A stretch of 64,000 nucleotides of DNA from Acinetobacter phage Mokit. How positions within the stretch are numbered: position 1 is the stretch's first letter; every line of letters begins with the position of its first letter. A model generated the notes under the pieces. It made no database searches. It had not been told where the DNA came from and was given only the letters and a program-made list of their open reading frames with translations. The DNA is taken from the sequence record MW388002.1, one strand, 5' to 3'. This document shows, in pieces, positions 52,337-62,100 of the stretch. The position numbers were made by a program, and so were the translations under genes.

Positions 52337-53845
52337 ATGAGTGACATCAACGTAATTTTTTACGATTATAGCCACGTCAAGATCAGTACCCAACAATCAA
52401 TTTTTAGAGAATTGCGTGAATATTTTTCATTTTACGTAGATGGCTACCAATTTTCGCCAAAGTATGTTTATGGCATGTGGGACGGTAAGTTGAAGTTGAT
52501 GGATACTGATGGACTTTTGCCATACGGGTTATTAAACCAAGTGGTGAAATTCGCAAATAATAATGGTCTATCAATTTCATTACACCCAGACCTAAATGAC
52601 AAAAATAATATTTCAAGAAGTACATTTGATCACTGGATAAGTTCAAAGAAATATTATTCAGGCTCAGAAGAAATTTTTCCATACTGGTATCAACTTGATG
52701 CGGTATATGAGGCAATGGTAAACAAACGCAGAATTTTGAATTTGCCTACATCCGCAGGTAAATCATTAATCCAAGCGTTATTGACCAAATATTTGCTAGA
52801 AACAACAGATCGTTCGATTTTAATCTTAGTTCCTACTACATCTCTCGTTACTCAAATGAAAGATGACTTTGTAGACTATCGCCTTTTCGAAGAATCTGAA
52901 ATTGCAGAAGTTCGTTCTGGGCACAAACAGAAACATGAACGTGTTGTTATTTCAACATGGCAATCGGCTATTAAAAAGCCAAAAGAATGGTTCAACCAAT
53001 TTGGCATGCTATTGTGCGATGAGATGCATTTAGCCATTGGTAAGTCGATTTCTACAATCATTAATAAATTAAATTATTGTGAGTATAAAATCGGTTTGTC
53101 TGGATCACTTCGTGATGGCAAAGCAAATTTGATGCAATACATTGGATTATTTGGTGAAATTTTCAGCCCAGTCAAAACTCGCGATTTGATGGATGCCGGT
53201 CAAGTATCTCAATTACGAATCAATGCATTATTTTTGAAATATCCTGAAGTAGTTTCAAATGCTATAGCAAAACACGACTATGCATCAGAAATTAAATTCA
53301 TTACAACATTTCAAAAACGAACACAATGGGTCTCAAACCTGTCACTTAGGCTTGCTTCAAGAAAAGAAAATGTTTTTGTTATGTTTAAAAATATTGAACA
53401 CGGCAAAATGATTTATGATTCGATCAAAGCAACCAGACATGAGCATGTTTACTATGTTTCTGGTGAAGTTAGTTCAGATGAACGAACATACTTAAAGAAA
53501 ATGGCAGAAGAGCACACTGGCGTAATTATTATCGCGTCATACGGAGTTTTCTCTACTGGTATTTCGGTCAAGAATTTGCACCATGTTGTATTGGCTCACC
53601 CAGTGAAATCAAAGGTCATTGTATTGCAAACCGTTGGACGTGTTTTACGAAAACATAGTTCTAAAGCAACTGCAATGATTTGGGACATCATTGATGATAT
53701 GTCAATAACTGTAGACAAAAACGGCACTAAACAACGCAAAAATGTCAACTATGCTCTAAAGCATGGTATCGAACGAATAGAACGATATGCTATAGAGCAA
53801 TTTGATTACATCATGAAAGATGTATATTTTCTAAGTGGGACCTAA
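52337..53845 (+). CDS. uvsW: UvsW RNA-DNA and DNA-DNA helicase; start trimmed to MSDINVIFYDYSHV
   Basis: Matches the T4 UvsW N-terminus. Walker A block RRILNLPTSAGKSLIQALL, DExH box LLCDEMHLA and GLSGSLRDGKAN.MQY.G.FGEIF follow in T4 order. Confidence 0.8.
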   Translation: MSDINVIFYDYSHVKISTQQSIFRELREYFSFYVDGYQFSPKYVYGMWDGKLKLMDTDGLLPYGLLNQVVKFANNNGLSISLHPDLNDKNNISRSTFDHWISSKKYYSGSEEIFPYWYQLDAVYEAMVNKRRILNLPTSAGKSLIQALLTKYLLETTDRSILILVPTTSLVTQMKDDFVDYRLFEESEIAEVRSGHKQKHERVVISTWQSAIKKPKEWFNQFGMLLCDEMHLAIGKSISTIINKLNYCEYKIGLSGSLRDGKANLMQYIGLFGEIFSPVKTRDLMDAGQVSQLRINALFLKYPEVVSNAIAKHDYASEIKFITTFQKRTQWVSNLSLRLASRKENVFVMFKNIEHGKMIYDSIKATRHEHVYYVSGEVSSDERTYLKKMAEEHTGVIIIASYGVFSTGISVKNLHHVVLAHPVKSKVIVLQTVGRVLRKHSSKATAMIWDIIDDMSITVDKNGTKQRKNVNYALKHGIERIERYAIEQFDYIMKDVYFLSGT

Positions 53846-53852
53846 TGGTCCC
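53837..53852. terminator. hairpin GGGACCTAATGGTCCC between convergent uvsW and the minus-strand small genes
   Basis: 6-bp GC stem followed by TTTGCGGTTT. Confidence 0.45.
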
Positions 53853-53860
53853 TTTGCGGT

Positions 53861-54130
53861 TTAGTAATTTTCATCACAGTCCTCACACATTTTGCGTTCG
53901 GCGATTGGATTATATACACGAACTTCAATACGTTTCCAACAATCACAATCTTCGCAATGAAAAATATGATCTTCTAACATATCAGTGAAATTTACCGAAT
54001 GCTTTAAGTCTGCATCAAGTCCTAATGACTCAAGTGTCTTAACTAGGGTATTGCCCCAAGTTTCTTCCATGCCATCTAACATATCAGCAAGTTCTTCAAA
54101 TTGGTCATCGGTAGGCATATCAAATTTCAT
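53861..54130 (-). CDS. small Cys-rich acidic protein in the position of T4 uvsY.-2
   Basis: HCEDCDCW...CEDCD cysteine pairs at the C-terminus. Confidence 0.4.
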   Translation of the reverse strand: MKFDMPTDDQFEELADMLDGMEETWGNTLVKTLESLGLDADLKHSVNFTDMLEDHIFHCEDCDCWKRIEVRVYNPIAERKMCEDCDENY

Positions 54131-54392
54131 AAGGTTTGCTCCAGAATGTTAGAATTTTGCCACATAGCTCGTCGTCACCTAAACTAAAGATGACTGAACA
54201 AATTTTATCATGATCTTCCTCATCAAAATATGCCAATAATTTAATCATTGACTCCTTTGTACCATCGGAAAATACTAAACATTTTCCAGCTTTATTACGC
54301 AAAGTAATTTCTTGGCACCAGTTATGTACTTCAAGTTTAAGTATGCCATGGTTTGTGTTGAGTGTCAATGCAGCTGTAGGTATAGTAAGCAT
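54120..54392 (-). CDS. hypothetical protein (90 aa)
   Basis: ORF track; translationally coupled to its neighbours. Confidence 0.4.
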   Translation of the reverse strand: MLTIPTAALTLNTNHGILKLEVHNWCQEITLRNKAGKCLVFSDGTKESMIKLLAYFDEEDHDKICSVIFSLGDDELCGKILTFWSKPYEI

Positions 54393-54715
54393 TACTTGTA
54401 CTCCTTTTCATCAACATAAAATTCAATGTATTTTTCGGTATCCTTGGAACTTGCGTATGCTATTACAACACCACGTTCAAAATCAAAATCTTTGACCAAT
54501 AAGCGCTCATGCCATGGATCAATAGCCCAACCAAATGGAAATTTGCGGTATGGGCAAACGTAATGTACGTTACATTCTTCAACACCATTGAATTTTAGCC
54601 CAGGCGAACCTACAAATTGAACTACCCAACGTTCAGATGCATTACGTACCGATGGTACGTCGCATGTCAATTTTGTTGTTTCAGCGCGAAATGAAGTAAT
54701 TTTACGGTTGCTCAT
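54392..54715 (-). CDS. hypothetical protein (107 aa)
   Basis: ORF track. Confidence 0.4.
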   Translation of the reverse strand: MSNRKITSFRAETTKLTCDVPSVRNASERWVVQFVGSPGLKFNGVEECNVHYVCPYRKFPFGWAIDPWHERLLVKDFDFERGVVIAYASSKDTEKYIEFYVDEKEYK

Positions 54716-54759
54716 AATATTTTACTCATAATTATTAAGATAGAAGCATTATATACCAC

Positions 54760-54787
54760 AAAAGGACCATAGTAAATAGTCCTTTTG
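54760..54787. terminator. hairpin AAAAGGACCATAGTAAATAGTCCTTTT
   Basis: 7-bp stem with flanking A and T runs. Confidence 0.45.
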
Positions 54788-54961
54788 TAGTTATTTTAGC
54801 TTTTTATCAGTGTATTTGCAACAAGGTACAAAATGAGAAATGTAGACACCTTGATCATGACAAGGACAACCACATTTCTTAATAATCTCATTCTGCTGTG
54901 CTGTTAGCACAGGTTTCCCAATTTTAAAAATCTTTCCAATCAACTTTACTAGCTTCATAGC

Positions 54962-55126
54962 AATAACTCAGTCTCTAGCAAAATGTCATCATTAGATTCC
55001 AAAACAGGTAAATCTTGAATGTGCTGCAAGCAGTGTCCAGGATGGACAGGTCCTTGATCAGTTTCAACTACCAGTGCTTCATCAATCGGCATCTTACATA
55101 CCGAACAAATACGTGTTTCCATTATT
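54962..55126 (-). CDS. small zinc-ribbon protein (~54 aa)
   Basis: METRICSVCKMPIDEALVVETDQGPVHPGHC... with GGAGAATAATA RBS. Below the ORF-track size cutoff. Lies just downstream of the repeat-borne promoter-like element at 55171-55239. Confidence 0.3.
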
Positions 55127-55170
55127 ATTCTCCTATATCGTATATATATTTATAGACTCTATACATCTAA

Positions 55171-55239
55171 ATCATCAGAAACTCTATCTTCTCCGACCAA
55201 ATAGATAAATTTAGAGCGGTGAACCGTAGAACCATTATA
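55171..55239 (-). repeat. inverted-repeat copy B of the 15555-15624 element, carrying a MotA-box/-10 middle-promoter-like arrangement on the minus strand
   Basis: Reverse complement of 55171-55239 matches copy A apart from one single-base indel and one substitution. On the minus strand, TGCTTTA (complement of 55254-55260) lies 14 nt from TATAAT (complement of 55234-55239), reading toward the small genes at 54962-55126 and the uvsW-adjacent cluster. Confidence 0.75.
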
Positions 55240-55303
55240 CCATACAAATTTTGTAAAGCATTTTATGCTTATAAATAAGGCGATTTATATGATCAAATTT
55301 TAA

Positions 55304-55702
55304 TCACTCTGATCTATCACCGCTTAATTGTATTTTAATTTGTTCTAATGTGTCAGGGTTATCTAGAATGCTAAATGTAACCGTAACAATTATTGCGTTA
55401 TTGTCATATTGTGCTTGCACTGCAACATTAAGTCTAACTATACGAGGTTCGTAGGTTCTAATTGCAGATGTTATGCTTTTTTCTACTGTGTTGACAGTCA
55501 GTGGTGACATATTTTCAAAAAGCGCGTTGCCAATGTCGCATCCAAATTCTGGATCAAATGGGCGAGAGCCTTTAGGTGTGGTAATAATTCCTAATAAGGA
55601 GTTTTTAACTGCTCTTGCTCCTACAGACGCTGCGACATCCATATTCCATGCACGAGTAAGTTCAGGAGAAATATCCGTGTAGAGGTCATTAATATTTTGC
55701 AT
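55304..55702 (-). CDS. 25: baseplate wedge subunit gp25 (gpW/lysozyme-like fold)
   Basis: 132 aa, the length I recall for T4 gp25; LLGIITTPKGSRPFDPEFGCDIGNALFENMSP matches the gp25 family. Confidence 0.8.
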   Translation of the reverse strand: MQNINDLYTDISPELTRAWNMDVAASVGARAVKNSLLGIITTPKGSRPFDPEFGCDIGNALFENMSPLTVNTVEKSITSAIRTYEPRIVRLNVAVQAQYDNNAIIVTVTFSILDNPDTLEQIKIQLSGDRSE

Positions 55703-56346
55703 TATAAAATCTCGACAAATTCTTTGAAGCCTTTAATAACATGTACATGAGCCTTGCCGCATTGTGCGCAAGTTATTGGTACTACTAAAACCGGCATAGG
55801 AGCTAATAAGAATTTTTTGATATAATTAATATCATCTTCTGTTATTGCATTGTACAAGTCTTCAATTTCTAATTCATTTAAGTCTTCAATCAAAATTTTC
55901 TCATTGCCAACGTAAATTGATTCTATAGACTTTGCAATCATTGTAGGAACGTCATCGTCATCCCATAGTTCAGGCCATTTAAACGCGAGTTTAAATTTTC
56001 TAAATGGGTACAATTTTTCTAATGAAGATTCACCATAGTCAATTTGTGCTTTAGACACATCTAAATTGACTGGCTGTGTATGTCCACACTCACAAACATA
56101 ATCTTGTTTGACTTCACCAAAATGTTCAGAATTTGCAATAAGATTTATGAGAACTAATTCCGCATCATGTTTAGGAAGGTTTGTTAAGCCAGTACACTTA
56201 TTAATTATTTCCGTGTAAACAGATTTCATTGCATCAGATGTCGGAGAATCCTTAGAAATAATTAGTTTAGTGTAGTCGTGTAGCGTATATGATTTACATT
56301 TGACAAGTTGGCCGTTTAATTTAACATCAAAAGTTTTTTCAAACAT
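55702..56346 (-). CDS. 26: baseplate hub subunit gp26
   Basis: 214 aa; stop/start overlap with gene 25; minus-strand late promoter at 56377-56384. Confidence 0.6.
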   Translation of the reverse strand: MFEKTFDVKLNGQLVKCKSYTLHDYTKLIISKDSPTSDAMKSVYTEIINKCTGLTNLPKHDAELVLINLIANSEHFGEVKQDYVCECGHTQPVNLDVSKAQIDYGESSLEKLYPFRKFKLAFKWPELWDDDDVPTMIAKSIESIYVGNEKILIEDLNELEIEDLYNAITEDDINYIKKFLLAPMPVLVVPITCAQCGKAHVHVIKGFKEFVEIL

Positions 56347-56376
56347 GTTTTAGCCTACAAAAAGTTTTATTAAAGG

Positions 56377-56388
56377 TATTTATAAATA
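56377..56388. promoter_or_regulatory. back-to-back divergent late promoters: TATTTATAAATA gives TATAAATA on both strands (genes 26/25 minus, gene 51 plus)
   Basis: Plus TATAAATA at 56381-56388; minus-strand TATAAATA is the complement of 56377-56384; the two 8-mers overlap by 4 bp. Confidence 0.6.
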
Positions 56389-56411
56389 TTTTTAATAAAA
56401 AGGAGGCTTAT

Positions 56412-57167
56412 ATGGCTAATATTATCAGATGTAGATTGCCTGATAGCATTCATCGATTCAAGCCGTTTAACGTAGCTGACTATAGAGATTTCTTATTAGT
56501 TCGAAATGATATGATGACAAAAGATGCATCAGAACAATTAGAAATAGTTAACGAGTTAGCTGAAGATTATTTCGGTGAATATCCAAAATCCTGGCAACAA
56601 TACTTATTTCTAAATGTGTTTACTGGGTCTGTTGGCAAAACTAAAGTTCCTATTATTTTCGAGTGTCCGACTTGCGGCAAAACACAAAAACGATTATTTA
56701 ATTTATCTCAAGATGAATTAGTTGCGCCTTTAGTTAAATTAGATGATACTACAGAATTAGAGTTCAAATTTCCGGACAAAGTTTATTCTGACAATGCAAA
56801 GCTTGTTCTTGAAAATATAGACAATGTAAAATATAACGGCGAAGAGTACAAATGGGAAGACTTAGATACTGACACTCAAGACACTATTATCGAGATGTTA
56901 GATTTTGAAAAGTTTGAGCATATCGTCAAAAAGCTGAAGCCATTGCACTTTGAAATGAATATATCGTGTTGTGAAAGTCATGTTATAGTATTTGACGACT
57001 TGGCATCGATTTTTAGACTTTTAATAAATCCAGATGAAGTATTTCCGTTTTATGAGATCAACAACATTTTGATCAAAAATAATTATGATTGGAATTCTAT
57101 AATGAATATGCTGCCGGCTGAAAGAAGTATTGCTCTTTCAATGATAGAAAAGGATAGTAAACAATGA
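56412..57167 (+). CDS. 51: baseplate hub assembly catalyst gp51
   Basis: 251 aa, near the ~250 aa I recall for T4 gp51; zinc-knuckle-like CPTCGKTQ; late promoter at 56381-56388. Confidence 0.6.
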   Translation: MANIIRCRLPDSIHRFKPFNVADYRDFLLVRNDMMTKDASEQLEIVNELAEDYFGEYPKSWQQYLFLNVFTGSVGKTKVPIIFECPTCGKTQKRLFNLSQDELVAPLVKLDDTTELEFKFPDKVYSDNAKLVLENIDNVKYNGEEYKWEDLDTDTQDTIIEMLDFEKFEHIVKKLKPLHFEMNISCCESHVIVFDDLASIFRLLINPDEVFPFYEINNILIKNNYDWNSIMNMLPAERSIALSMIEKDSKQ

Positions 57168-58747
57168 CAATGCAAAAACCCGGGTATCCTAACGTAAGCA
57201 TAAAACTATATGAAGATTATGATGCTTGGAAAGAAAATAGATTTGTTGAATTAGCTGCCACATTTACTACTCTCACATTAAGAGATGGGTTATATGGTAT
57301 CAATGAAGGAGTTCTCCAGTTTTATGACTCCAAGAATTTGCATGCTAAACTCAATGGCGAACAAATAATTCAAATATCGCTATCAAATGCAAATTCCAAA
57401 GATGTTATTACACGTATCTATGGGTGCAACGATACTGCAGTATCAGTTGATGAAAAGGGAGACAATATACTTGCATTTAATTTAAGACCATTGCATGTTG
57501 TCGAAGATGTTAAATTTAGCCGAGCATTTTTTGCTAATGCTACTGAATCTATTGAGACAATGATAAAATCGATTTATAACAATAAAGCACAGCTTGCGCC
57601 TAAAGTTAAAGGTCTTAACGTATATGTTCCTCGAGTGGCTTGGGTAAGCACGATTACCGATTATTTCGAATATGTAAGAGAAGTTGGCCTTTCTGTTGAA
57701 TCTGAAACTCATCCATTTGTATGGGAAGATTTCACAGGCATTAATATTTCTGATTACAAATTCATGATTGATCAGAAGCCAAGAGTCATGGTAGTCGGTG
57801 ATCCAGCACAAATTGGTGCGTATATCGCAAACATGAAAGAGCAATTGGCTTATGACTTTACATGGCTAGCTAAAACTAACAGAAATGTCAGAAATCCATT
57901 AGAAAATGTTACAGTGTATAGTCATTCATTTAACGATAAAGAAATTCAACGAATTTCAATCGGAGAAGGAACTAATTCTGTTGTTGTATCTCGTTCAGGC
58001 GGATATTCGGAAATGACATACCGTAATGGATATGAAGAAGCATTTCGATTGCTAACAATGGCTCAATATGACGGATATGCAACATGTAAGGTTATAGGTG
58101 ATTTTACTTTGACGCCGCTCCAAAAAATCGTATTTGGCGACAAGAAGGGACAATTTAAAACTGAATTCTATATCGATGAGGTAGTTCATGTTATTACAAA
58201 CAACTCATCTGAAACTCATCTTTATGTTTTTACAAACGGGAAGGATTTAGTTCCAGTAAATATCGAAAAAATAAAAAATGAAATTGAGACAATTACACCT
58301 CCTTCAGACACCGTTCAGCCTGAAGCATCTGCCGACAAGAAAGGTGCACAATGGGATTTAGATAAGCTCGCCGAAGTTGTCACAAAGAACGCACAAGGGC
58401 GTAAATCCACAGGTGAATGTGCGTTATATGTTCGTAAAGCACTCCAAGCTGCACAACTTGAAAATTTCTTTGCTGGTGGCCTAGGGAATGCAAATGAAAT
58501 GCCACCGCGTCTAGTCCAAATGGGGTGGATTGCAGTCGGTCAAAACGTAAAAAATGTAAAGAAAGGCGATATCGCAGTTTTCCAAAGAACAAATACACGC
58601 CTTGGTCAGAAATATGGACATGTTTGTATTTTCACAGGTACACAATGGGTCTCTGATTTTATCCAATCAGGAGTTCAGCCAAATAGAAGTGATAATTTAA
58701 CATATACAGTATATAGAGCACGTTATGGGTATAGTGCAGGAGGATAA
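57164..58747 (+). CDS. 27: baseplate hub subunit gp27 with an extra C-terminal CHAP/NlpC-P60-like cysteine peptidase domain
   Basis: 527 aa against ~390 aa recalled for T4 gp27. The last ~130 aa carry Cys and His motifs in CHAP order: STGECALYV ... KKGDIAVF ... YGHVCIF ... WVSDF. Confidence 0.7.
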   Translation: MTMQKPGYPNVSIKLYEDYDAWKENRFVELAATFTTLTLRDGLYGINEGVLQFYDSKNLHAKLNGEQIIQISLSNANSKDVITRIYGCNDTAVSVDEKGDNILAFNLRPLHVVEDVKFSRAFFANATESIETMIKSIYNNKAQLAPKVKGLNVYVPRVAWVSTITDYFEYVREVGLSVESETHPFVWEDFTGINISDYKFMIDQKPRVMVVGDPAQIGAYIANMKEQLAYDFTWLAKTNRNVRNPLENVTVYSHSFNDKEIQRISIGEGTNSVVVSRSGGYSEMTYRNGYEEAFRLLTMAQYDGYATCKVIGDFTLTPLQKIVFGDKKGQFKTEFYIDEVVHVITNNSSETHLYVFTNGKDLVPVNIEKIKNEIETITPPSDTVQPEASADKKGAQWDLDKLAEVVTKNAQGRKSTGECALYVRKALQAAQLENFFAGGLGNANEMPPRLVQMGWIAVGQNVKNVKKGDIAVFQRTNTRLGQKYGHVCIFTGTQWVSDFIQSGVQPNRSDNLTYTVYRARYGYSAGG

Positions 58748-58748
58748 A

Positions 58749-59300
58749 ATGGGAAATATTAAATTAGATTTAGTTCCAAAAACTAAAGTTATTGAAGTTA
58801 ATGGTAAGCAAATAAAAGTACCTAAGCTTGGACTAAAACATAGAATGCTCATAAAAGACGCTTCAAACCATGAAGAAACTATGAAAGTGTTATTAAATTA
58901 TATTCAGCCTAATTTGTCTTTAGCTGAACGAGATATATTAACACTTCATCTATTAGAGTACAATGGGAGATTAAAACAATCTGTTGAAAAGGATGGATTT
59001 GTATATAAGCTCGATGATGTTTATATTTGCCAACAATTAAAGTTTTCTTATGGTGAGTATGAATTTAAATTTAGATCGCCATCGTTTGAATTGCTTAAAG
59101 GGCCATTAGATATTCTTCTAAATCAATGTTGTGTAAGTGTGAAGCACAAAGGCAAGAAAATTGATACTCCGGATTTTATGCAAATGCCGGCATTTGTGCA
59201 TAGATGGGGAGAAATGATAACAAATACAGTCGCAATAAAGGGCCCTAATGGTACTGAAATAAAAGGATTGTATAAAATAGTGGAGCTATTAAGTGAATAA
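58749..59300 (+). CDS. 28: baseplate distal hub subunit gp28; start trimmed to MGNIKLD
   Basis: AGGAGG RBS then ATG at 58749, just after the gp27 TAA. Confidence 0.6.
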   Translation: MGNIKLDLVPKTKVIEVNGKQIKVPKLGLKHRMLIKDASNHEETMKVLLNYIQPNLSLAERDILTLHLLEYNGRLKQSVEKDGFVYKLDDVYICQQLKFSYGEYEFKFRSPSFELLKGPLDILLNQCCVSVKHKGKKIDTPDFMQMPAFVHRWGEMITNTVAIKGPNGTEIKGLYKIVELLSE

Positions 59301-60999
59301 TACGTTTTCTCAAAATAAACTTCCGTCTGAGCAAACCAGTCTCAGACGAGCTCCTAAGCCTTCTGAAGACGCTCCGGCAAATGATGAGAATTTTGATACA
59401 GTGCCTGAACCGGAGGCAATTGATGGCGCAAGTATTTCAGGAATTGAAAATAATACTTCAGCTCAAGTAGAAGTGTCAAAACTATCATTGGGGCTTCAGG
59501 ATTATCAAACTCAACAACTACAAGAAATAGCTAATTCAGCTGTTGAAATCTCATCAAAACTTAGCATACTAAGTGATCGTCTTAAGCAGAAATATGAAGC
59601 ATCCATACCTGTAGCTGACGCGCCTATTGCAAATGCAGATTCAACATCAGAGGTGTTAGCAAATAAATTAAAGCCTGAAGCCAAAGAACAAGTTGCACCT
59701 GCGCCTATTGAAATTGCTCCAAAAGAGAAAAAACCATCAGAAGATTTATTATCGGGTGGCCCTAAAGTAGATGGTGCACCTAATGTTGGGCCTGCATTAG
59801 TAGTAAACGCTATAAGTTCGGTCAAGGGTGCAATAGTAGAAGGATTTAAAAAGTCTACAAGTATCGCGGATAAAATTTCTGGGATGCTATTTAAATTTAC
59901 GGTATCTCAAGCCGTAGGTGCGGCTAAGATTGCTCTAGCTATTGCTGCGATAATTCTTGGTATCGACTTGCTAAAAATTGCATGGCAGGTCTGGGGCGAC
60001 AAAATCATGAAAAAATTCGAAGAGTGGACAGAAACTTTTTCGAAATGGTGGGATGGGTTTAAAGAATGGTCATCATATTTCTCTGACATGAAAGATTCAT
60101 TTGAAGGCATGAAAGGCGATTTGACCGGCATTAGAAATGCATGGGAATCCGGCGATTGGCCTGCATTAGCTTCAGCAATAGGCACTGCGTTCATAGATGG
60201 AATCAAAACACTTAGTGGAATACTTGATAGAGTAATTACAAAATTAATCTCAACTATTTTGGATAAATTAGGGTTCTCTAAAGCAGCAAAAGCTATTGAA
60301 GCTGAAGGCTTGCAAAATTACCAAAACATGACAAATAATAGATTGTCTCCTGAAAATCAGAGAAAACTAGCCGAAGAGCAACTCAGACGTGAAAAATCGG
60401 ATGGGCTCACTCCTACTCAACGCGGTAAGACATCATTTTTACCAGACTCTTGGAGAAAAAGCTTAGGTTTAATTTCAAAGGATGAGTATTCGCAAATCCA
60501 AGCAGAAAAGAAAGATCAAGCGGCTCGTAGAGGTTTAAGCCATGAAGATCAGATAAAGGCAATTGCGGCATCAAATGAAGCAAGAGAATCTATAGCAAGA
60601 TTTAAAAATATTGCAGATAACGTCAATCCAAATGACGCAAAACAAGTTGCAGAAGCCGATAAATACAAGAAAGAAGCACAACAGTATATTAATAGTCCAG
60701 GATTAGCGCTAGTCCCAAGTGTCAAAGCTGAATTGCAGTCACAATTAGATAATTATAAAATGAAGTCTAGTACAAATACTGCAGTTAAACCTGATAAATC
60801 TGCTAATACTAAAGATACTCAACTTGTCCAGAACATTAAAGTTGCAGAAGCTCAAAAGGCTGCAGCACAAACCAAAGCTTCAACATCCACTGCTAATGTT
60901 CAAACAAACATTGTTAAAACCAATAAGAGTTATAACGTCCAAACTCCAATAACTGGAACTAGAGCTCCAGGCGTATTTAGAGCTACAGGCGTCAATTAA
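59293..60999 (+). CDS. 29: baseplate hub and tail-length determinator gp29
   Basis: 568 aa, near the ~590 aa I recall for T4 gp29; synteny. Confidence 0.7.
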   Translation: MNNTFSQNKLPSEQTSLRRAPKPSEDAPANDENFDTVPEPEAIDGASISGIENNTSAQVEVSKLSLGLQDYQTQQLQEIANSAVEISSKLSILSDRLKQKYEASIPVADAPIANADSTSEVLANKLKPEAKEQVAPAPIEIAPKEKKPSEDLLSGGPKVDGAPNVGPALVVNAISSVKGAIVEGFKKSTSIADKISGMLFKFTVSQAVGAAKIALAIAAIILGIDLLKIAWQVWGDKIMKKFEEWTETFSKWWDGFKEWSSYFSDMKDSFEGMKGDLTGIRNAWESGDWPALASAIGTAFIDGIKTLSGILDRVITKLISTILDKLGFSKAAKAIEAEGLQNYQNMTNNRLSPENQRKLAEEQLRREKSDGLTPTQRGKTSFLPDSWRKSLGLISKDEYSQIQAEKKDQAARRGLSHEDQIKAIAASNEARESIARFKNIADNVNPNDAKQVAEADKYKKEAQQYINSPGLALVPSVKAELQSQLDNYKMKSSTNTAVKPDKSANTKDTQLVQNIKVAEAQKAAAQTKASTSTANVQTNIVKTNKSYNVQTPITGTRAPGVFRATGVN

Positions 61000-61008
61000 G
61001 GTACTAAA

Positions 61009-62100
61009 ATGAATTTTAAAGAATTAGATACTAATTTTTTGGCAAAGGCTGGGTCGATCATTTCGGCCGGCCAAAGCCAAAAGTCTAAAGAGACTCAAGT
61101 AAAAACATTAACCGCACAATATCCTGCTGAACGTTCTTCTGGATATGATAGCACTGGGGATTCTAGAGAATTCGATCAATTGTATCAAAATGGATTATTG
61201 TTTACCGCATACGAGTATTCTTCACGAGTAACACCAAACTTACGAGATATGCGTACTGCTATGCAGAAACAATATAACATTAGTAAAACTATTGAAAAGA
61301 TTAGCACGGCAGTAATGAGTGTCCGTGGTGGATCCACGTCAACCGAATCAGATTTAGCAAAAAAACCTGTAGCAAACTTATTGTTGCCACGTTCAAAAAG
61401 CGACTCAGATATGACTAATCATAAGTTTAATGATGTAGGAGAATCGCTTGTTACACGTGGCAATGGTTCAATTACAGGCATTCTGTCGAACATGGCATCT
61501 ACTGCCGTATTTGGGGCTATTGAATCCGTCACACAAGGTATTATGGCTGACAGTGGCGAGCAAATTTATAATACAGCACGTTCTATGTATGCCGGTGCAG
61601 AAAACAGAACAAAAACATACACCTGGGAATTTACTCCACGTACACCAGAGGATTTGACACAAATTCTTAAAATATATGAAATTTTTAACTTTTTCTCATA
61701 TGGTATTACTGGAAATTCTCAATTTGCAAAAGACGTCAAAAAACGAATTGATGATTGGTACAAAACTACAATTATCAATAAAGTAAATGAAGAAGTTGGA
61801 GCAAAGACTCAGAAAACCTTTATGGAATCGGTTACTTCGTTTTTGTCAAACGTGATTGTTGTATCAAATCCTACAGTATGGTTTATACAAAACTTTGGCA
61901 CTCAATCAAAGTATGACGGCATCGCAGATATATTTGGCCCGGCTCAAATATCGAGTATTCGTTTTGATAAAGCCCCTGATGGGAATTTCAATGGTTTATC
62001 GATTGCCCCAAATATGCCATCTACATTCATTCTTGAAGTTACCTTCAGGGAAATCTTAACTCAAAACCGTGCATCAATTTATGGAGAAGATGTTCTATGA
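61009..62100 (+). CDS. 48: baseplate tail-tube cap gp48
   Basis: 363 aa, near the ~364 aa I recall for T4 gp48. Confidence 0.7.
   Translation: MNFKELDTNFLAKAGSIISAGQSQKSKETQVKTLTAQYPAERSSGYDSTGDSREFDQLYQNGLLFTAYEYSSRVTPNLRDMRTAMQKQYNISKTIEKISTAVMSVRGGSTSTESDLAKKPVANLLLPRSKSDSDMTNHKFNDVGESLVTRGNGSITGILSNMASTAVFGAIESVTQGIMADSGEQIYNTARSMYAGAENRTKTYTWEFTPRTPEDLTQILKIYEIFNFFSYGITGNSQFAKDVKKRIDDWYKTTIINKVNEEVGAKTQKTFMESVTSFLSNVIVVSNPTVWFIQNFGTQSKYDGIADIFGPAQISSIRFDKAPDGNFNGLSIAPNMPSTFILEVTFREILTQNRASIYGEDVL

Noticed and set aside
54800-54958. Possible minus-strand small zinc-binding ORF (MKLVKLIGKIF...CGCPCHDQ...)
   Set aside because: About 55 aa with a plausible Cys cluster, but I could not confirm a convincing start and RBS by eye. 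Left unannotated.
55270-55277. Plus-strand TATAAATA between gene 25 and repeat copy B
   Set aside because: No plus-strand gene lies downstream; it would transcribe antisense to genes 25 and 26. It may be a chance AT-rich match or part of the minus-strand promoter context of copy B. Not annotated as a promoter.
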